A DNA stretch of 64,000 nt from Opitutia bacterium (GTDB lineage Bacteria > Verrucomicrobiota > Verrucomicrobiia > Opitutales > T3Sed10-336): contig JBJHCF010000002.1 in NCBI GenBank assembly GCA_050506795.1, positions 62,933-126,932 of the forward strand, read 5' to 3'. Under the pieces are notes generated by a model. It did not search any database. It saw only the letters and a program-made list of their open reading frames with translations, and was not told the DNA's origin. Of the stretch, positions 29,786 to 40,333 are shown one piece after another. Position 1 is the first letter of the stretch. Every line of letters starts with the position of its first letter. The position numbers and the translations under genes are program-made.

Positions 29786-30148
29786 TCAAAAAGGAATCTC
29801 GTCGTTCCGCTCGCTGTAGTCGCCGGTGTCCTCGGGAATCGGCTCATCCCGAGTTTCGTCCGCGGGGCGAGATCCTTGATCACCACCCTCCGGTTCCAGG
29901 CGCCAGGCGACCAGATTCACAAAATAACGCCCGTTGTATTCGCGTCCATTGACATCGAACCACACCTTGACCCGCTGCCCGGCCTCAACACCTTCCAGCA
30001 AAGCCGCTTTCTCCTTGAGACATTCTAGCTTCACATCCTGGGGAAATTTGTCGTCCGTGGTCAGAACGAATTCACGTTTGGAAAAGCCGCTGGCGAAGGT
30101 TTGGGTATCGAAAACGACTTTGACTGTTCCGCTGATTTCGTAAGCCAT
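29786..30148 (-). CDS. DUF3127 family (OB-fold, SSB-like) protein
   Basis: [10 protein letters not shown]...FPQ.V...[12 protein letters not shown] and acidic tail ending DEIPF. Confidence 0.85.
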   Translation of the reverse strand: MAYEISGTVKVVFDTQTFASGFSKREFVLTTDDKFPQDVKLECLKEKAALLEGVEAGQRVKVWFDVNGREYNGRYFVNLVAWRLEPEGGDQGSRPADETRDEPIPEDTGDYSERNDEIPF

Positions 30149-30217
30149 ACCCCCGACTCAAACACGCCCGCCGCCAATGTCCACCCCGGAAGTCGAAGCG
30201 ATCCGGAAAATTTCGTG

Positions 30218-30246
30218 TTGCCAGCCCCCCCGCCTCAAGCTACTCT
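30218..30246 (+). promoter_or_regulatory. Sigma70 promoter for tRNA-Gln
   Basis: TTGCCA-17 bp-TACTCT, 30 bp upstream of the tRNA. Confidence 0.6.
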
Positions 30247-30276
30247 CCAATCCTTTCACACTTCGGTGTGACCTCC

Positions 30277-30347
30277 TGCCTGGTGGTGTAACGGTAGCAC
30301 GACAGACTCTGACTCTGTTTGTCTAGGTTCGAATCCTAGCCGGGCAG
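30277..30347 (+). tRNA. tRNA-Gln(CTG)
   Basis: Acceptor TGCCTGG/CCGGGCA; anticodon arm ACAGA-CTCTGAC-TCTGT; T arm CTAGG-TTCGAAT-CCTAG; CCA not fully encoded. Confidence 0.95.
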
Positions 30348-30616
30348 CCTTTTTGCCCCGCAAAAAGGATGACGGGTGGGATGAGAACCGTGAGGTTCGA
30401 CGCAGCGAGCGCAGATGGACAACCCGCAGGGTTGGGGCAACGCCCCGAGCAAAGCGGGTGGACAGGGGGCATGGTTCCCCGACGAAACGTTCAGGCAGGG
30501 CCGAAAGGACCGATTGTCGGGCCTGATCGGGCTCTTCTCACCGACAGCCTGCAGCAAGACCGCCAATGCCGGTTCTCACACCGGCGCCTCGCTGTTTGCT
30601 GTGGGTTCCATGGGGG

Positions 30617-30778
30617 GCTGAAGCACGGCACGCCTCGTTAATGGCTCTTCAGCGTAGCTCCGTGCTTCAGACAGACAATTCTTGACCGGAACCGCCGTTT
30701 CCACGCCACATTAGACGCCCGCTTAAGCAGGGCGCTACGAGCTCCGCACTCCCCGTAGGTCCGTGCTTCAGCTGGACA
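30617..30778. repeat. Cluster of degenerate GTAG-type REP family B units
   Basis: GCTGAAGCACGG, GTAGCTCCGTGCTTCAG, GCTTAAGCAGGGCGCTAC, GTAGGTCCGTGCTTCAGC. Confidence 0.55.
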
Positions 30779-30886
30779 CTTCCGGAAGCGCAAGGTCCCG
30801 GAAATCACTGTTTAGGCGCCTACCTGTGATAGCAAAGATCCCGTTTTTTCTGGCGCAACGTCCGCACTCTGCGGCAATCTGCCCGA

Positions 30887-32728
30887 ATGAATATCCCGAT
30901 CCGTTCATTGCGATGTTGGACCGTTTGTCATCTCGTTACGTTGTCCGGTCTGCTCCTTTGGGCGCCGGCGCAGGCCTGGGAGCGGTACCTGCCGGAGCGG
31001 GCGCTCTTTTACATGTATGAAGTTGCCGACAAGCACTCTGATGCAAATCGGCACGAGGATGCACGGGAGATCTTCGAAGAAATTGCGGTGCGATCGCAAG
31101 AGTGGGATCTTCCCGCCTACACCTATAGAGCACTGTGGGACCTGGCCGCGTACGAACACCAAGCAGGTGCATTAGAGGACGCGGCCAAACTCTATGAAGG
31201 GGCGCTTGAAAATCTTCGGGAAGCACTGAGAAGAGGGGACGAGCACTATCAAATCGCGGAATGGATGCTGCTTCGGAACATCCATTCGATTAATCGACGG
31301 ACCCAGCGCTTGAGTCAGGCATTGCGGATACATCGTGAAAAGGTGGAGGTGGTACGTCGGCTGGTAACGGCGGATACTGGAGAGGACGTCACTAATCTGT
31401 TCGAAACACCCATTGCCGATCTAGCTGACCCGGAAATCCTTGAGGCCTTGGGAATCCTGATCCTCGAGGAGAATCGCTACCGATTGATGCAGGGCGAAAC
31501 GGAAGGGCTCCTCGGAAGCTTGGAACAATTAACGGAACGATTGGAACACATCACCGAACGGACACCCGCCGTGGAGATGCTCCTTGCCGAAGGCTACAGC
31601 GATCAGATTACTTTACTGGCGTTAATGGGTGAACACTCGTCTCTGCGCAAGCCGGTCGAGAAACAGAGGGCGCTTAACCAGATCGAGCGCGTTTCATATT
31701 ACACGGATTTTGAGAGGGTGCGATACGCATTCTTGCGATTCTTCGAGACCGGTGACGATCTCGACGGAGCGTTGGAGGAAGCGCAACTGGGAATCCTGGC
31801 GCTGGAGCGGAGCGCTCAATCGAGGGCTGCCGTTTATGCGCGTATTTACCCGATAATGATGCTTGCGAACGCGGGGAGGCATGAGGAAGCTCTCACGCTC
31901 TTCACGCAGTTGATTGAGGAAGCACGCGAATTCGGGGATTATATCCTGGACAGGGTAAACTCCCACGCTTCGCTGATTTTCTCAAGATCATTGAGCAAAC
32001 AAGGTCATGATGAGAAGTTCTGGAATGCACTGAGATCGGTGTGGCGGCGAGGATATTCTGCCGCTGTTCCGTATGCGTACGAAGACTACGCCCGCTATCA
32101 TTTCAACACCGGAGCCGTGGACGATGCGATCCGTTATGCCCGCCTTGGCCTGGCCTACAGCGAGATGTTTGGACCAATCGTAAACACAAGAAACCTGGAG
32201 ACAGCGATTGATACCTGGCTCGAGAACCTTGACAGCGCCGGGGAAGAACGTGCGATTCGAGAGGTCCCCTTCGTTGTGCATCAGGAGTCAAGGGATCACG
32301 CGATATCAGTACCGGATTTAGCGTTCCGCGCTCCTTTTGATTTCGTACAGATCGAATACATCATTCCGCTTTCCTCAGAAGAGTCCGGAGCCAACTTTCG
32401 GGTGCGCACGAGTGTACCCGTCCGGGTCGAGTTTTTCGATCCGCAGACGAAGCGTTTGATCGCCGTGGATGCGAACGGTAACGGCGATTTCAACGACGTG
32501 GGGGAAGTGGCCTTTCGCGATTCACGGAATGATGGATTCCCTGAACTTCCATCCGAAGCCGAAACCGGGGCCCCGGTCCTGAAACTATTCGTCTATCCCG
32601 CTGCCAATCCCGATCCGAATGAACCGATCGGTAATCCAGAGCTCACCATCACGCTCGAAATCGAGCGTAACGGCGAATGGCGAACCTGGGCGAGCACGCG
32701 GCTCGTGTATGGGAATGATTCCTTGTAG
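30887..32728 (+). CDS. Secreted TPR-like helical protein with a beta-rich C-terminal domain
   Basis: Signal peptide ending AQA; TPR-like A..G....A...Y..AL patterns; C-terminal DANGNGDFND Ca-loop-like motif. Confidence 0.65.
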   Translation: MNIPIRSLRCWTVCHLVTLSGLLLWAPAQAWERYLPERALFYMYEVADKHSDANRHEDAREIFEEIAVRSQEWDLPAYTYRALWDLAAYEHQAGALEDAAKLYEGALENLREALRRGDEHYQIAEWMLLRNIHSINRRTQRLSQALRIHREKVEVVRRLVTADTGEDVTNLFETPIADLADPEILEALGILILEENRYRLMQGETEGLLGSLEQLTERLEHITERTPAVEMLLAEGYSDQITLLALMGEHSSLRKPVEKQRALNQIERVSYYTDFERVRYAFLRFFETGDDLDGALEEAQLGILALERSAQSRAAVYARIYPIMMLANAGRHEEALTLFTQLIEEAREFGDYILDRVNSHASLIFSRSLSKQGHDEKFWNALRSVWRRGYSAAVPYAYEDYARYHFNTGAVDDAIRYARLGLAYSEMFGPIVNTRNLETAIDTWLENLDSAGEERAIREVPFVVHQESRDHAISVPDLAFRAPFDFVQIEYIIPLSSEESGANFRVRTSVPVRVEFFDPQTKRLIAVDANGNGDFNDVGEVAFRDSRNDGFPELPSEAETGAPVLKLFVYPAANPDPNEPIGNPELTITLEIERNGEWRTWASTRLVYGNDSL

Positions 32729-32890
32729 CCGGAAAACCCTGGATTTCCCGAAATCCTTAAACACCCGACTATCAAAGGATTCTTTAACGCTTTAACCAGG
32801 CGGAATCGAGCATACCGAATCGCATCGGCTACTTCCCTGGCACGGCCCCTGGCCATGGTCCCGGATGGCAACGCGGGTGGGTTGTGATCG

Positions 32891-32913
32891 ACAGGCAGGA
32901 ATGCCTGTGTCAC
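32891..32913. repeat. REP-like family C copy
   Basis: ACAGGCAGGAATGCCTGTGTCAC. Confidence 0.6.
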
Positions 32914-33064
32914 GCGGCCGGTTATGCCCCACAGAGAGTATGCGTCGCCCCGAACTTCGAGTCCGGGAGATTAGGGCTTGCGTTTGCGGAAGAGGAGGAA
33001 TCGACTTGGCGGCTTTTTTTAGCGGATCTCCCGACTGTGAATGCAACGGGTCCGCAACAGGGCA

Positions 33065-34543
33065 ATGATGACAGGAAATTTTAAAAACGAATGGTTCTCC
33101 AATGTGCCGAGGGACCTAATCGCGGGAGTGGTGGTCGCCCTGGCACTGATCCCGGAGGCGATCGCCTTTTCGATCATCGCCGGGGTCGATCCGCAGGTGG
33201 GGCTGTACGCCTCGTTTTGCATTGCGGTGGTGATTGCGTTTACCGGCGGACGTCCAGGGATGATCTCGGCGGCGACCGGGGCGATGGCACTGTTGATGGT
33301 AACGTTGGTTCGCGAGCACGGTCTGGAGTACTTGCTGGCGGCAACGATCCTGACCGGTATTCTGCAAATCCTCGCGGGCCTCCTGAAACTGGGGAATATG
33401 CTGCGGTTTGTGTCGAAATCGGTGATGACGGGATTCGTGAACGCCCTGGCGATACTGATTTTTATGGCCCAGCTTCAGGAATTCGCGGGTGCGGGGGTCA
33501 CAATGTACGCGATGGTGGCCGCCGGTCTGGCCATTATTTACATTCTTCCGCGCTTCACCCGGGTTGTGCCCTCTCCGTTGATCTGCATTGTCGTCCTGAC
33601 GATCGCTTCGATCATCGCCGGGATGGACCTGCGGACGGTGAGTGACATGGGGCAATTGCCATCGACCGTTCCCGTGTTCCTTATGCCCGACATCCCCTGG
33701 AACCTGGAAACCCTCATGATCATTCTCCCCTACGCCATTCCGCTGACGATCGTCGGGTTGCTCGAATCGCTCATGACGGCGCAGATCGTGGATGATTTCA
33801 CCGACACGCCGTCACCCAAAAACCGGGAATGCGCCGGACAGGGCATCGCCAACGTGGTCTCCGGTTTCTTCGGCGGCATGGCTGGGTGCGCGATGATCGG
33901 ACAGTCGGTAATCAACGTAAAATCCGGCGGCCGGGGGCGCTTGTCCTGTTTCGCCGCGGGAGCCTTTCTCCTGATCATGATCGTGGTCCTGGGGGAATGG
34001 GTCGGCATGATCCCGATGGCGGCATTGGTCGCGGTAATGATCATGGTTTCGATCGGGACGTTTAACTGGGCGTCGATCCGGAACTTGAGAACCCACCCTT
34101 TCACCACCAATTGCGTGATGCTGACAACGGTCGGCGTGGTGGTTTGGACCCACAACCTGGCCTGGGGCGTCGGCGCCGGGGTGCTTCTGAGCGCGCTTTT
34201 CTTCGCGCGGAAGGTGGCCCAGTTGATGAGTGTGCGTTCGGAACTGAACGGCGAAGGAGATCACCGGACCTATTACGTGGAGGGCCAGTTGTTCTTTGTC
34301 TCAGCCAGCGCCTTCGGAGAAGCCTTTGATTTCAGTGAAGTGCTGGACAAGGTAACCATCAATGTCTCGCGGGCCCATCTATGGGACCTTTCGGCGGTAA
34401 CGGCACTGGACCGGGTAGTCTTGAAGTTCCGCCGGGACGGTGCCACGGTCGAACTGATTGGCATGAACGAGGCGAGCACCACGCTGGTGGGCAAACTCGG
34501 CGAACACGACAAACCCGGCGCCGCCCTCTCCTCCGGTCATTAA
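33065..34543 (+). CDS. sulP: SulP family inorganic anion transporter (STAS C-terminus)
   Basis: [42 protein letters not shown]. Confidence 0.92.
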   Translation: MMTGNFKNEWFSNVPRDLIAGVVVALALIPEAIAFSIIAGVDPQVGLYASFCIAVVIAFTGGRPGMISAATGAMALLMVTLVREHGLEYLLAATILTGILQILAGLLKLGNMLRFVSKSVMTGFVNALAILIFMAQLQEFAGAGVTMYAMVAAGLAIIYILPRFTRVVPSPLICIVVLTIASIIAGMDLRTVSDMGQLPSTVPVFLMPDIPWNLETLMIILPYAIPLTIVGLLESLMTAQIVDDFTDTPSPKNRECAGQGIANVVSGFFGGMAGCAMIGQSVINVKSGGRGRLSCFAAGAFLLIMIVVLGEWVGMIPMAALVAVMIMVSIGTFNWASIRNLRTHPFTTNCVMLTTVGVVVWTHNLAWGVGAGVLLSALFFARKVAQLMSVRSELNGEGDHRTYYVEGQLFFVSASAFGEAFDFSEVLDKVTINVSRAHLWDLSAVTALDRVVLKFRRDGATVELIGMNEASTTLVGKLGEHDKPGAALSSGH

Positions 34544-34563
34544 TTCCTGAATACATCTGCCAC

Positions 34564-35412
34564 ATGAAGACCATTCTTTGCTGCACAGACGGGTCCCTTT
34601 ACGCACCCAGTGTTTACGATCACACCATATGGGTTGCTCGCCGGACGAACGCCGCAGTGGTCGTTCTCCACATGCTGGATCCGCAGCGGGATGTGTCCGC
34701 CGTGCATGATTTCAGCGGCAATCTCGAGCCGGATGAAGGCGAGGAGCTGATGAAAGAAATGGTGGCCCTGGAAGAGGCCAAATCGAAAGTCGCGAATGCC
34801 AAGGGCCGGGTGATGCTGAAGGCGGCACGCCAGCATTTCGAGGCCGCGGGAATGCCGGACATTCGGGCGGAGCAGCGTCACGGGACGCTGGTGGAGATGC
34901 TGGACAAAATCGATGGCGATTTCGTTGTGATCGGCAAGCGCGGGGAAAACGCGGATTTCGCACGGTTGCACCTCGGCGCGAACCTGGAGCGGGTGATCCG
35001 TTCCAGCCAGCGGCCGGTTCTGGTGGCTTCGCGGGCGTTTCAAACTATTGATCGCTGGGTGCTGGCATTCGACGGCAGTCCGAGCGCGCACAAAGCGGTG
35101 GCGTTCGCCGCCTCCCAACCATTGCTGCGGGGATTACCCTGTCTCTTGTTGTCGGTGGGCAAGGAAAGCGCGTGGCTGGAAAAGGAGATGGCAAATGCCC
35201 GGGAGGCCCTGGAATCGACCGGAACCGAAGCGAAGGTTCAGGTCATGCCCGGCGAACCGGAAAAGGTGATTCCGGAAGTGATCGAAAAGGAAAAGATTCC
35301 CCTGCTGGCGATGGGGGCTTACGGGCATTCCCGCATCCGCCATTTGATTGTCGGCAGCACCACCACGGAAATGGTGCGAACCTGCCGCGTGCCGGTGCTC
35401 TTATTCCGGTAG
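34564..35412 (+). CDS. Tandem-domain universal stress protein
   Basis: ILCCTDGS, VIGKRG...LGANLERVIR, AFDGS, MGAYGHSRIR..IVGSTT. Confidence 0.9.
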   Translation: MKTILCCTDGSLYAPSVYDHTIWVARRTNAAVVVLHMLDPQRDVSAVHDFSGNLEPDEGEELMKEMVALEEAKSKVANAKGRVMLKAARQHFEAAGMPDIRAEQRHGTLVEMLDKIDGDFVVIGKRGENADFARLHLGANLERVIRSSQRPVLVASRAFQTIDRWVLAFDGSPSAHKAVAFAASQPLLRGLPCLLLSVGKESAWLEKEMANAREALESTGTEAKVQVMPGEPEKVIPEVIEKEKIPLLAMGAYGHSRIRHLIVGSTTTEMVRTCRVPVLLFR

Positions 35413-35509
35413 ACCACAGAGGCCGGCTCCCTCGCTGCGGACTGCAAACCGTTGGCAAGGTATGGATGGGTCCGAAGTCACACCCCGCCCAGAGCCGTGC
35501 CGGAGTGGC

Positions 35510-35812
35510 TCAGACGTATTTGTCGCCCCGAACGACCCGAACGTCCTCGACATAGGCCACAACGGCGTAGTTGGGGAAATAATAGGTCGCCAGCATCTGC
35601 AGAATCGCTTCGGAAACCGCCTCGCTGACGAGCGTCTCGATGCGCATGTTCTTGCCCTCCCATTCGCTGGCCCGGACCCCCCGCGAACCCTGACCCTCGG
35701 CGGCCGTGACCGTGTAACCGGTCGCTCCGAGCTCCTTGATTTCGCGGATTATTTTGTCGGAAATGACGGCCTCGGCCACAATCGTCACCAGTTTGAGCAA
35801 TTTGAGGTCCAT
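35510..35812 (-). CDS. sbtB: P-II-like regulator, SbtB family
   Basis: KLVTIVAE...GATGYTV...G.GSRG.R...N.RIETLV; directly downstream of sbtA. Confidence 0.85.
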   Translation of the reverse strand: MDLKLLKLVTIVAEAVISDKIIREIKELGATGYTVTAAEGQGSRGVRASEWEGKNMRIETLVSEAVSEAILQMLATYYFPNYAVVAYVEDVRVVRGDKYV

Positions 35813-35815
35813 AAT

Positions 35816-36778
35816 TCAGAATAGAAATTTCGCGAACGAGTAATAAAGTGGAATACCGACCGCAAGATTGAAGGGAAAGGTGATCGCAAGCGAGGTTGTC
35901 AGATAAAAAGTCGGGTTTGCTTCCGGCAGCGAAAGCCGGACCGCTGCCGGTGCAGCGATGTAGGAAGCGCTCGCGGCCAGAACCCCAAGGACCACACTGC
36001 CACCCGGGCTCAAGCCGACCCAGCCTCCCACATAGACTCCGAGCAGGCCGTGGAGAATGGGCATAACGATGGCGAAAGCCACCAGAAAAGGTCCGGCCTT
36101 GCGCAGGTCGGGCAGGCGCTGTGCCGCCACCATTCCCATCTCGAGGAGGAAGAGGGCGAGGACTCCGTGGAACGGCGCGACGAAAAACGGCTCCACTTTG
36201 GCGAAGCCCTCCCGCCCGACGGCATACCCGATAGCCAGTCCTCCGAGGAGCAACACAATGCTTTTCCCGGCGAGAATCTCGTGCAGGACTTCGCCCCACG
36301 AGGTCCGGCCCGGCAGGTTCGAGCGGGCAATGACCAGCGCGATGATGATCGCCGGCACCTCCATGATCGCAAGCAACGCCGGCATAAACCCTTCGTGCGG
36401 AATCTCCAGCGCCGAAAGGAAGGTAAGGGTGGCGAGGAAGGTGACCGCGGAGACCGAACCGTAGTGGGCGGCGATGGCCGCGGCGTCCGGTACCGACAAC
36501 CGGCCGACCTTGCGCAGGATCAAATAACTCCAAAGCGGGATGGCGGCCGCCAGCCCTAGCGCTCCGGCGGCCGGGAGCAGGAACTCGCCGGGAGAGCTCG
36601 CGGCAAGCTCCACACCTCCCTTCAGCCCAATTGCCAACAGGAGGTAAACCGAGAGGGCCTGATAGAGCTCGTCCGGAATCTTCAGGTCGCTCCGCACCAA
36701 CGTGGCCAGCATCCCGAGGAAAAAGGCCAGCACTACCGGCGAAAGCAGGTTCAATTGAATCAATTCCAAGGCGCCCAT
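35816..36778 (-). CDS. sbtA: Sodium-dependent bicarbonate transporter SbtA (DUF897) family
   Basis: SDL.IP, YLLLAIGLKGG, AAHYGSVSAVTF, FLLEMG, ASASYIAAPAA, TFPFN..GIP.Y. Confidence 0.9.
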   Translation of the reverse strand: MGALELIQLNLLSPVVLAFFLGMLATLVRSDLKIPDELYQALSVYLLLAIGLKGGVELAASSPGEFLLPAAGALGLAAAIPLWSYLILRKVGRLSVPDAAAIAAHYGSVSAVTFLATLTFLSALEIPHEGFMPALLAIMEVPAIIIALVIARSNLPGRTSWGEVLHEILAGKSIVLLLGGLAIGYAVGREGFAKVEPFFVAPFHGVLALFLLEMGMVAAQRLPDLRKAGPFLVAFAIVMPILHGLLGVYVGGWVGLSPGGSVVLGVLAASASYIAAPAAVRLSLPEANPTFYLTTSLAITFPFNLAVGIPLYYSFAKFLF

Positions 36779-37273
36779 AAGGAATCCCGCTCCATTCAGA
36801 GGATTAACCGGTGGTGCGCAGACCGCAGGCGATCATGTTCTTCGTAAGCAGCGGATTTAAGCCACTTAAACGTATTTCGGGCAGATGGAATCATTGCCGT
36901 AAGCCGCGCGCGATATAAAGAATACCAGAGATCCCGAACCGCATAAATTGAAGAGAGTTCACTCATGGCCTGAAAATGATCATGTTATTCCCGATCGCCG
37001 CGGCATTGTCCTCAATTCCCGGAGCCAATCGTTCACCGAACGATTCCACCTTCGCCTGTCAGGTCAAGCTTCTTCCTTCTTCCTCTCAACGTCGCTTCAC
37101 TCATTCACCCGACTCCCCTCCATTTTCCGAAAGAATAGAATCGAAACGAGCCCTTCGAAGTGTTGTACTAATGAAGAGCAGAAAACGGGGGGAACAGTGC
37201 AAATGGAAAGATGACCCGCTGGACAGTGTGGTTGATCTCCTAATCGCAATCTCCAACAAAGCCGGACGATAAA

Positions 37274-38485
37274 ATGTACACACCAAAAATGCAACGCGTT
37301 TTCCTGACATCGCTCGCCTGGGGGCTGGCCACAATTTGTGCCTCCGGTTCCGACGTCGGGCAACGCTTCGCCCCCGAGACCAGCACCTACGAAGACCCGG
37401 TTACGGGGATCAACGTGCGGGTCATCACGCACTCCACCTCCAACGATGTGCGGATTTACCAGACCCATCCTCAATGGACGGCATGTGGCGAGTGGATTGT
37501 CTTTCGCACCGCCGACCGTTCCCGCGACGGCAATCCCCAGGCCTTCGCAGTCCACGAGCAGGACGGCGTCATCGTGCAGTTGACCGACGGACCGGGATTC
37601 TCCTACCGGTCCATCCGCCTTTCCCGAAAGGAGAACCTGATGTATTACCTGCGGGATGCCGAAGGCGGACAGGACCTGGTGCGCATTGACCTCGACGCCC
37701 TGCTGGAGGACAGCGAGACGGGCACCATGCGGGAGGAAGGCTATGAAACCGTGCTGGACCGGCTTCCGGGGAGCCATGGCATCCTGAGCCTCGGAGTCAA
37801 CGAGGATCACGTCTACTATCCGTCGGTCTTCGCGGATGAAGCCGGCGGCCGCGTCAATGCGATCAGCATCCTTGACCTCACCGATGGAACCCACCGGGAA
37901 CTGCTGCGCGTTGATTTCAGAATCGGCCACATTCAGGCAAATCCGTACCGCTCCGGCGAAATCATCTTCTGCCATGAGACCGGGGGCGACGCGCCGCAAC
38001 GCATGTGGATCTGGCGGGATGGCATGGACGAAGCGCAACCTTTGTTTGTCGAACAGGAAACCGATTGGGTGACCCACGAGGCATGGGCGGACGAAGACCA
38101 TGTGGTATTCAATCTTATGGGACACACTCACGCACTCCGTCAGCGTCCCACCGGCATCGCACTGATCAACGTCCGCACGAATGAGGTCCGGCTGCTCGGA
38201 CAGCCCCTGCCCAATCCTCCTCTGGAAGACGCGCGAGGCTTTTGGCACTGCAATGCATCCCCCGACGGACGCTGGGTCGCGGGGGACACCTTTTCGGGCA
38301 ACGTTTATCTCGTCGATCGCCAAACCAACGCCCAGCATTTGCTCAGCACCGGACACCTCATGCGACCGGATCACGCTCATCCGGCTTTCAGCGCCGACAG
38401 TCGCCGCGTCTTGATCCAGTCAGGACGTTTGTCCGAGGGCCAAAACCTGGATCTGATGATTCTGGAAATCCCCGAGGACCTTTGA
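37274..38485 (+). CDS. Oligogalacturonate lyase-like beta-propeller protein
   Basis: Signal peptide; Y.DPVTG..V, YQTHPQW, GHIQANP, FCHETGG, THE.W, H.HP.FS.D. Confidence 0.75.
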   Translation: MYTPKMQRVFLTSLAWGLATICASGSDVGQRFAPETSTYEDPVTGINVRVITHSTSNDVRIYQTHPQWTACGEWIVFRTADRSRDGNPQAFAVHEQDGVIVQLTDGPGFSYRSIRLSRKENLMYYLRDAEGGQDLVRIDLDALLEDSETGTMREEGYETVLDRLPGSHGILSLGVNEDHVYYPSVFADEAGGRVNAISILDLTDGTHRELLRVDFRIGHIQANPYRSGEIIFCHETGGDAPQRMWIWRDGMDEAQPLFVEQETDWVTHEAWADEDHVVFNLMGHTHALRQRPTGIALINVRTNEVRLLGQPLPNPPLEDARGFWHCNASPDGRWVAGDTFSGNVYLVDRQTNAQHLLSTGHLMRPDHAHPAFSADSRRVLIQSGRLSEGQNLDLMILEIPEDL

Positions 38486-38488
38486 CCG

Positions 38489-38805
38489 TCACTCGCCCGC
38501 CAAATGGCTGCGAATATCGCTCATAACTTTTCGGGGCCCGACGTAATCCCCGTCCACGTAACTTCGAGAAAGCACTTCACCCGAGCCGTCGACAAACACC
38601 AGATTCGGGATTCCCCGTTCCCTGTGACGTCGGACTACTTCCAGATCATCCCTCCGGTCGTATCTCACCGCCGGAAACGTCATATTATCCTCCCGCATGT
38701 AGCCGCGCATGGCGTTCGCATCTCGTTCTCTTCCGCGTTTTCCCGAACATACTCCTGATCCTCCTCGGACAAGTTGGCGATCGGGTAGCGATAGGTGCGG
38801 CCTCC
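38489..38805 (-). pseudogene. Remnant of an SHD1-like plus thioredoxin-like protein
   Basis: C-terminal thioredoxin segment (GIPNLVFVDGSGEVL) without CxxC, joined out of frame to GRTYRYPIANLSEEDQEYV. Confidence 0.6.
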
Positions 38806-38890
38806 CCTCTCACCCGCGACATAAAAGATATCAGCTGATAATTTTTATGTCGCGGGATCTACGACGGGTTTTCCGCTATGAGGGCGCCGG

Positions 38891-39166
38891 CTACATGGAG
38901 GCCGTTGTCGGATCTATCTGGCGTTTGACCTCCATGATGCGGTCGGCGGGAAATCCGCTTTTCTCGGCGTGTTTCCTGATAATTTCTTCGCTTTCCGCCA
39001 GGTAGACGCAGAACGTTCCGTCCCCAATGACATACGATTCCTGCCACTGGATGCCATTTCCCAAAGCGTCGAGAACGCCCTGGGAATGGCGAGCCATCTC
39101 GCAGTAGTCATTGTCTTCTTTGTTCCCAATACCGGGCACCTTGCGTTCAATAATGAATTTTTTCAT
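38891..39166 (-). CDS. DUF4242 domain protein
   Basis: MKKFIIER.VPG.G...IQWQESYV...TFCVYLA.SEE.IR.HA..SGFPA..I.EV. Confidence 0.85.
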   Translation of the reverse strand: MKKFIIERKVPGIGNKEDNDYCEMARHSQGVLDALGNGIQWQESYVIGDGTFCVYLAESEEIIRKHAEKSGFPADRIMEVKRQIDPTTASM

Positions 39167-39313
39167 GGTGGATCGGTCTTTGCGGTTTGCACCTCCTTGG
39201 CCCTTTCCGACGGACATCCCGCAGGAGGTATCGACGGGAGTCTTGTGCAGTTTAGTAGCCCGGTGGATTTTCTTGAAGTGGCGGAAAAGACATTCTAGAA
39301 TGGCGTTTACGCC

Positions 39314-40333
39314 ATGAAACCTGAATCAGTCACGCGCGTTACCGTGCTGCTTCTACAAGGCGGGCTTCCGTCAACCGCGGTGGTGATCACGGACATCCTC
39401 GGCAGCGTCGGCGTCATTGGCAGTCTCCTGGACGGCACGCCGGCCGCGCCCTACTTCCAGGTCACCACAGCCTCCGAGGTTTCCGGGAGAATTTCCGCCC
39501 CCTTTTCCCTCAGCCTGACGGCCGAAAAACACCTGGATGAAATCGACGGCACCGATCTCGTGGTCATTCCCGCCGTCGGTATCGATATTGATCGGGCGGT
39601 GGAGCAAAATCGTCGGGTTCTGTGGTGGATTAAGGCCCAACACGCACAGGGCGCCGAAATTGCCGCGGTTTGTACGGGCGTGGGATTACTGGCGGCAACC
39701 GGATTGCTGGACAACCGGCCGGCAACCTCGCACTGGGGAGTTATCAAGGCCTACCGGAAGCGATTTCCCCGTGTCCGATTTCAGCCCGAAAACCTGATCA
39801 CCGAATCGGAAGGATTGTATTGCGGAGGAGGGGTCTATTCAGCGCTCGATCTGAGTCTCTATCTGGTCGAACGTTACTGCGGCCATGAGGTGGCCCTGGA
39901 AACGGCCCGCAGCCTGGTGATTCAGCCGCCCCGCATCTGGCAGTCCAGCTACTCTATTCCGGAAGCACCTTTCGATCATGGCGATGACAGCATTCGTGAC
40001 ATCGAAGCCTGGATGCACGAGAACTATGCGGAACATTTTCGTTTCGAGGCGCTTGCCGTGCGCCACGGAATGAGTCAGCGCAGCCTGGACCGCCGATTCC
40101 GGGAGGCGACCGGAATCACACCGCTGCAATACCTGCACGCCTTGCGCATCAACGCCGCCAAACGGCACCTGGAGACAGGCAAGAAATCGGTCAGCGAAAT
40201 TTGCTACGCGGTGGGATATGAGGACATCGCGTTCTTTCGCAAACTATTCGTACGCCATACGTCACTGACCCCCTCGGACTACCGCAAGCGTTTTGGAACC
40301 TACCGCCCCACGTCCCACGTCATTCCTCGTTGA
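39314..40333 (+). CDS. GlxA/FtrA family AraC regulator (DJ-1/PfpI plus HTH)
   Basis: AAVCTG..LLA.TGLLD.R.AT.HW; MSQRSL.RRF; VGYED..FFRKLF; divergent from DUF4242. Confidence 0.9.
   Translation: MKPESVTRVTVLLLQGGLPSTAVVITDILGSVGVIGSLLDGTPAAPYFQVTTASEVSGRISAPFSLSLTAEKHLDEIDGTDLVVIPAVGIDIDRAVEQNRRVLWWIKAQHAQGAEIAAVCTGVGLLAATGLLDNRPATSHWGVIKAYRKRFPRVRFQPENLITESEGLYCGGGVYSALDLSLYLVERYCGHEVALETARSLVIQPPRIWQSSYSIPEAPFDHGDDSIRDIEAWMHENYAEHFRFEALAVRHGMSQRSLDRRFREATGITPLQYLHALRINAAKRHLETGKKSVSEICYAVGYEDIAFFRKLFVRHTSLTPSDYRKRFGTYRPTSHVIPR

Noticed and set aside
30347..32728. Genomic island integrated at tRNA-Gln
   Set aside because: No integrase and no downstream duplicate of the tRNA 3' end seen in the window.
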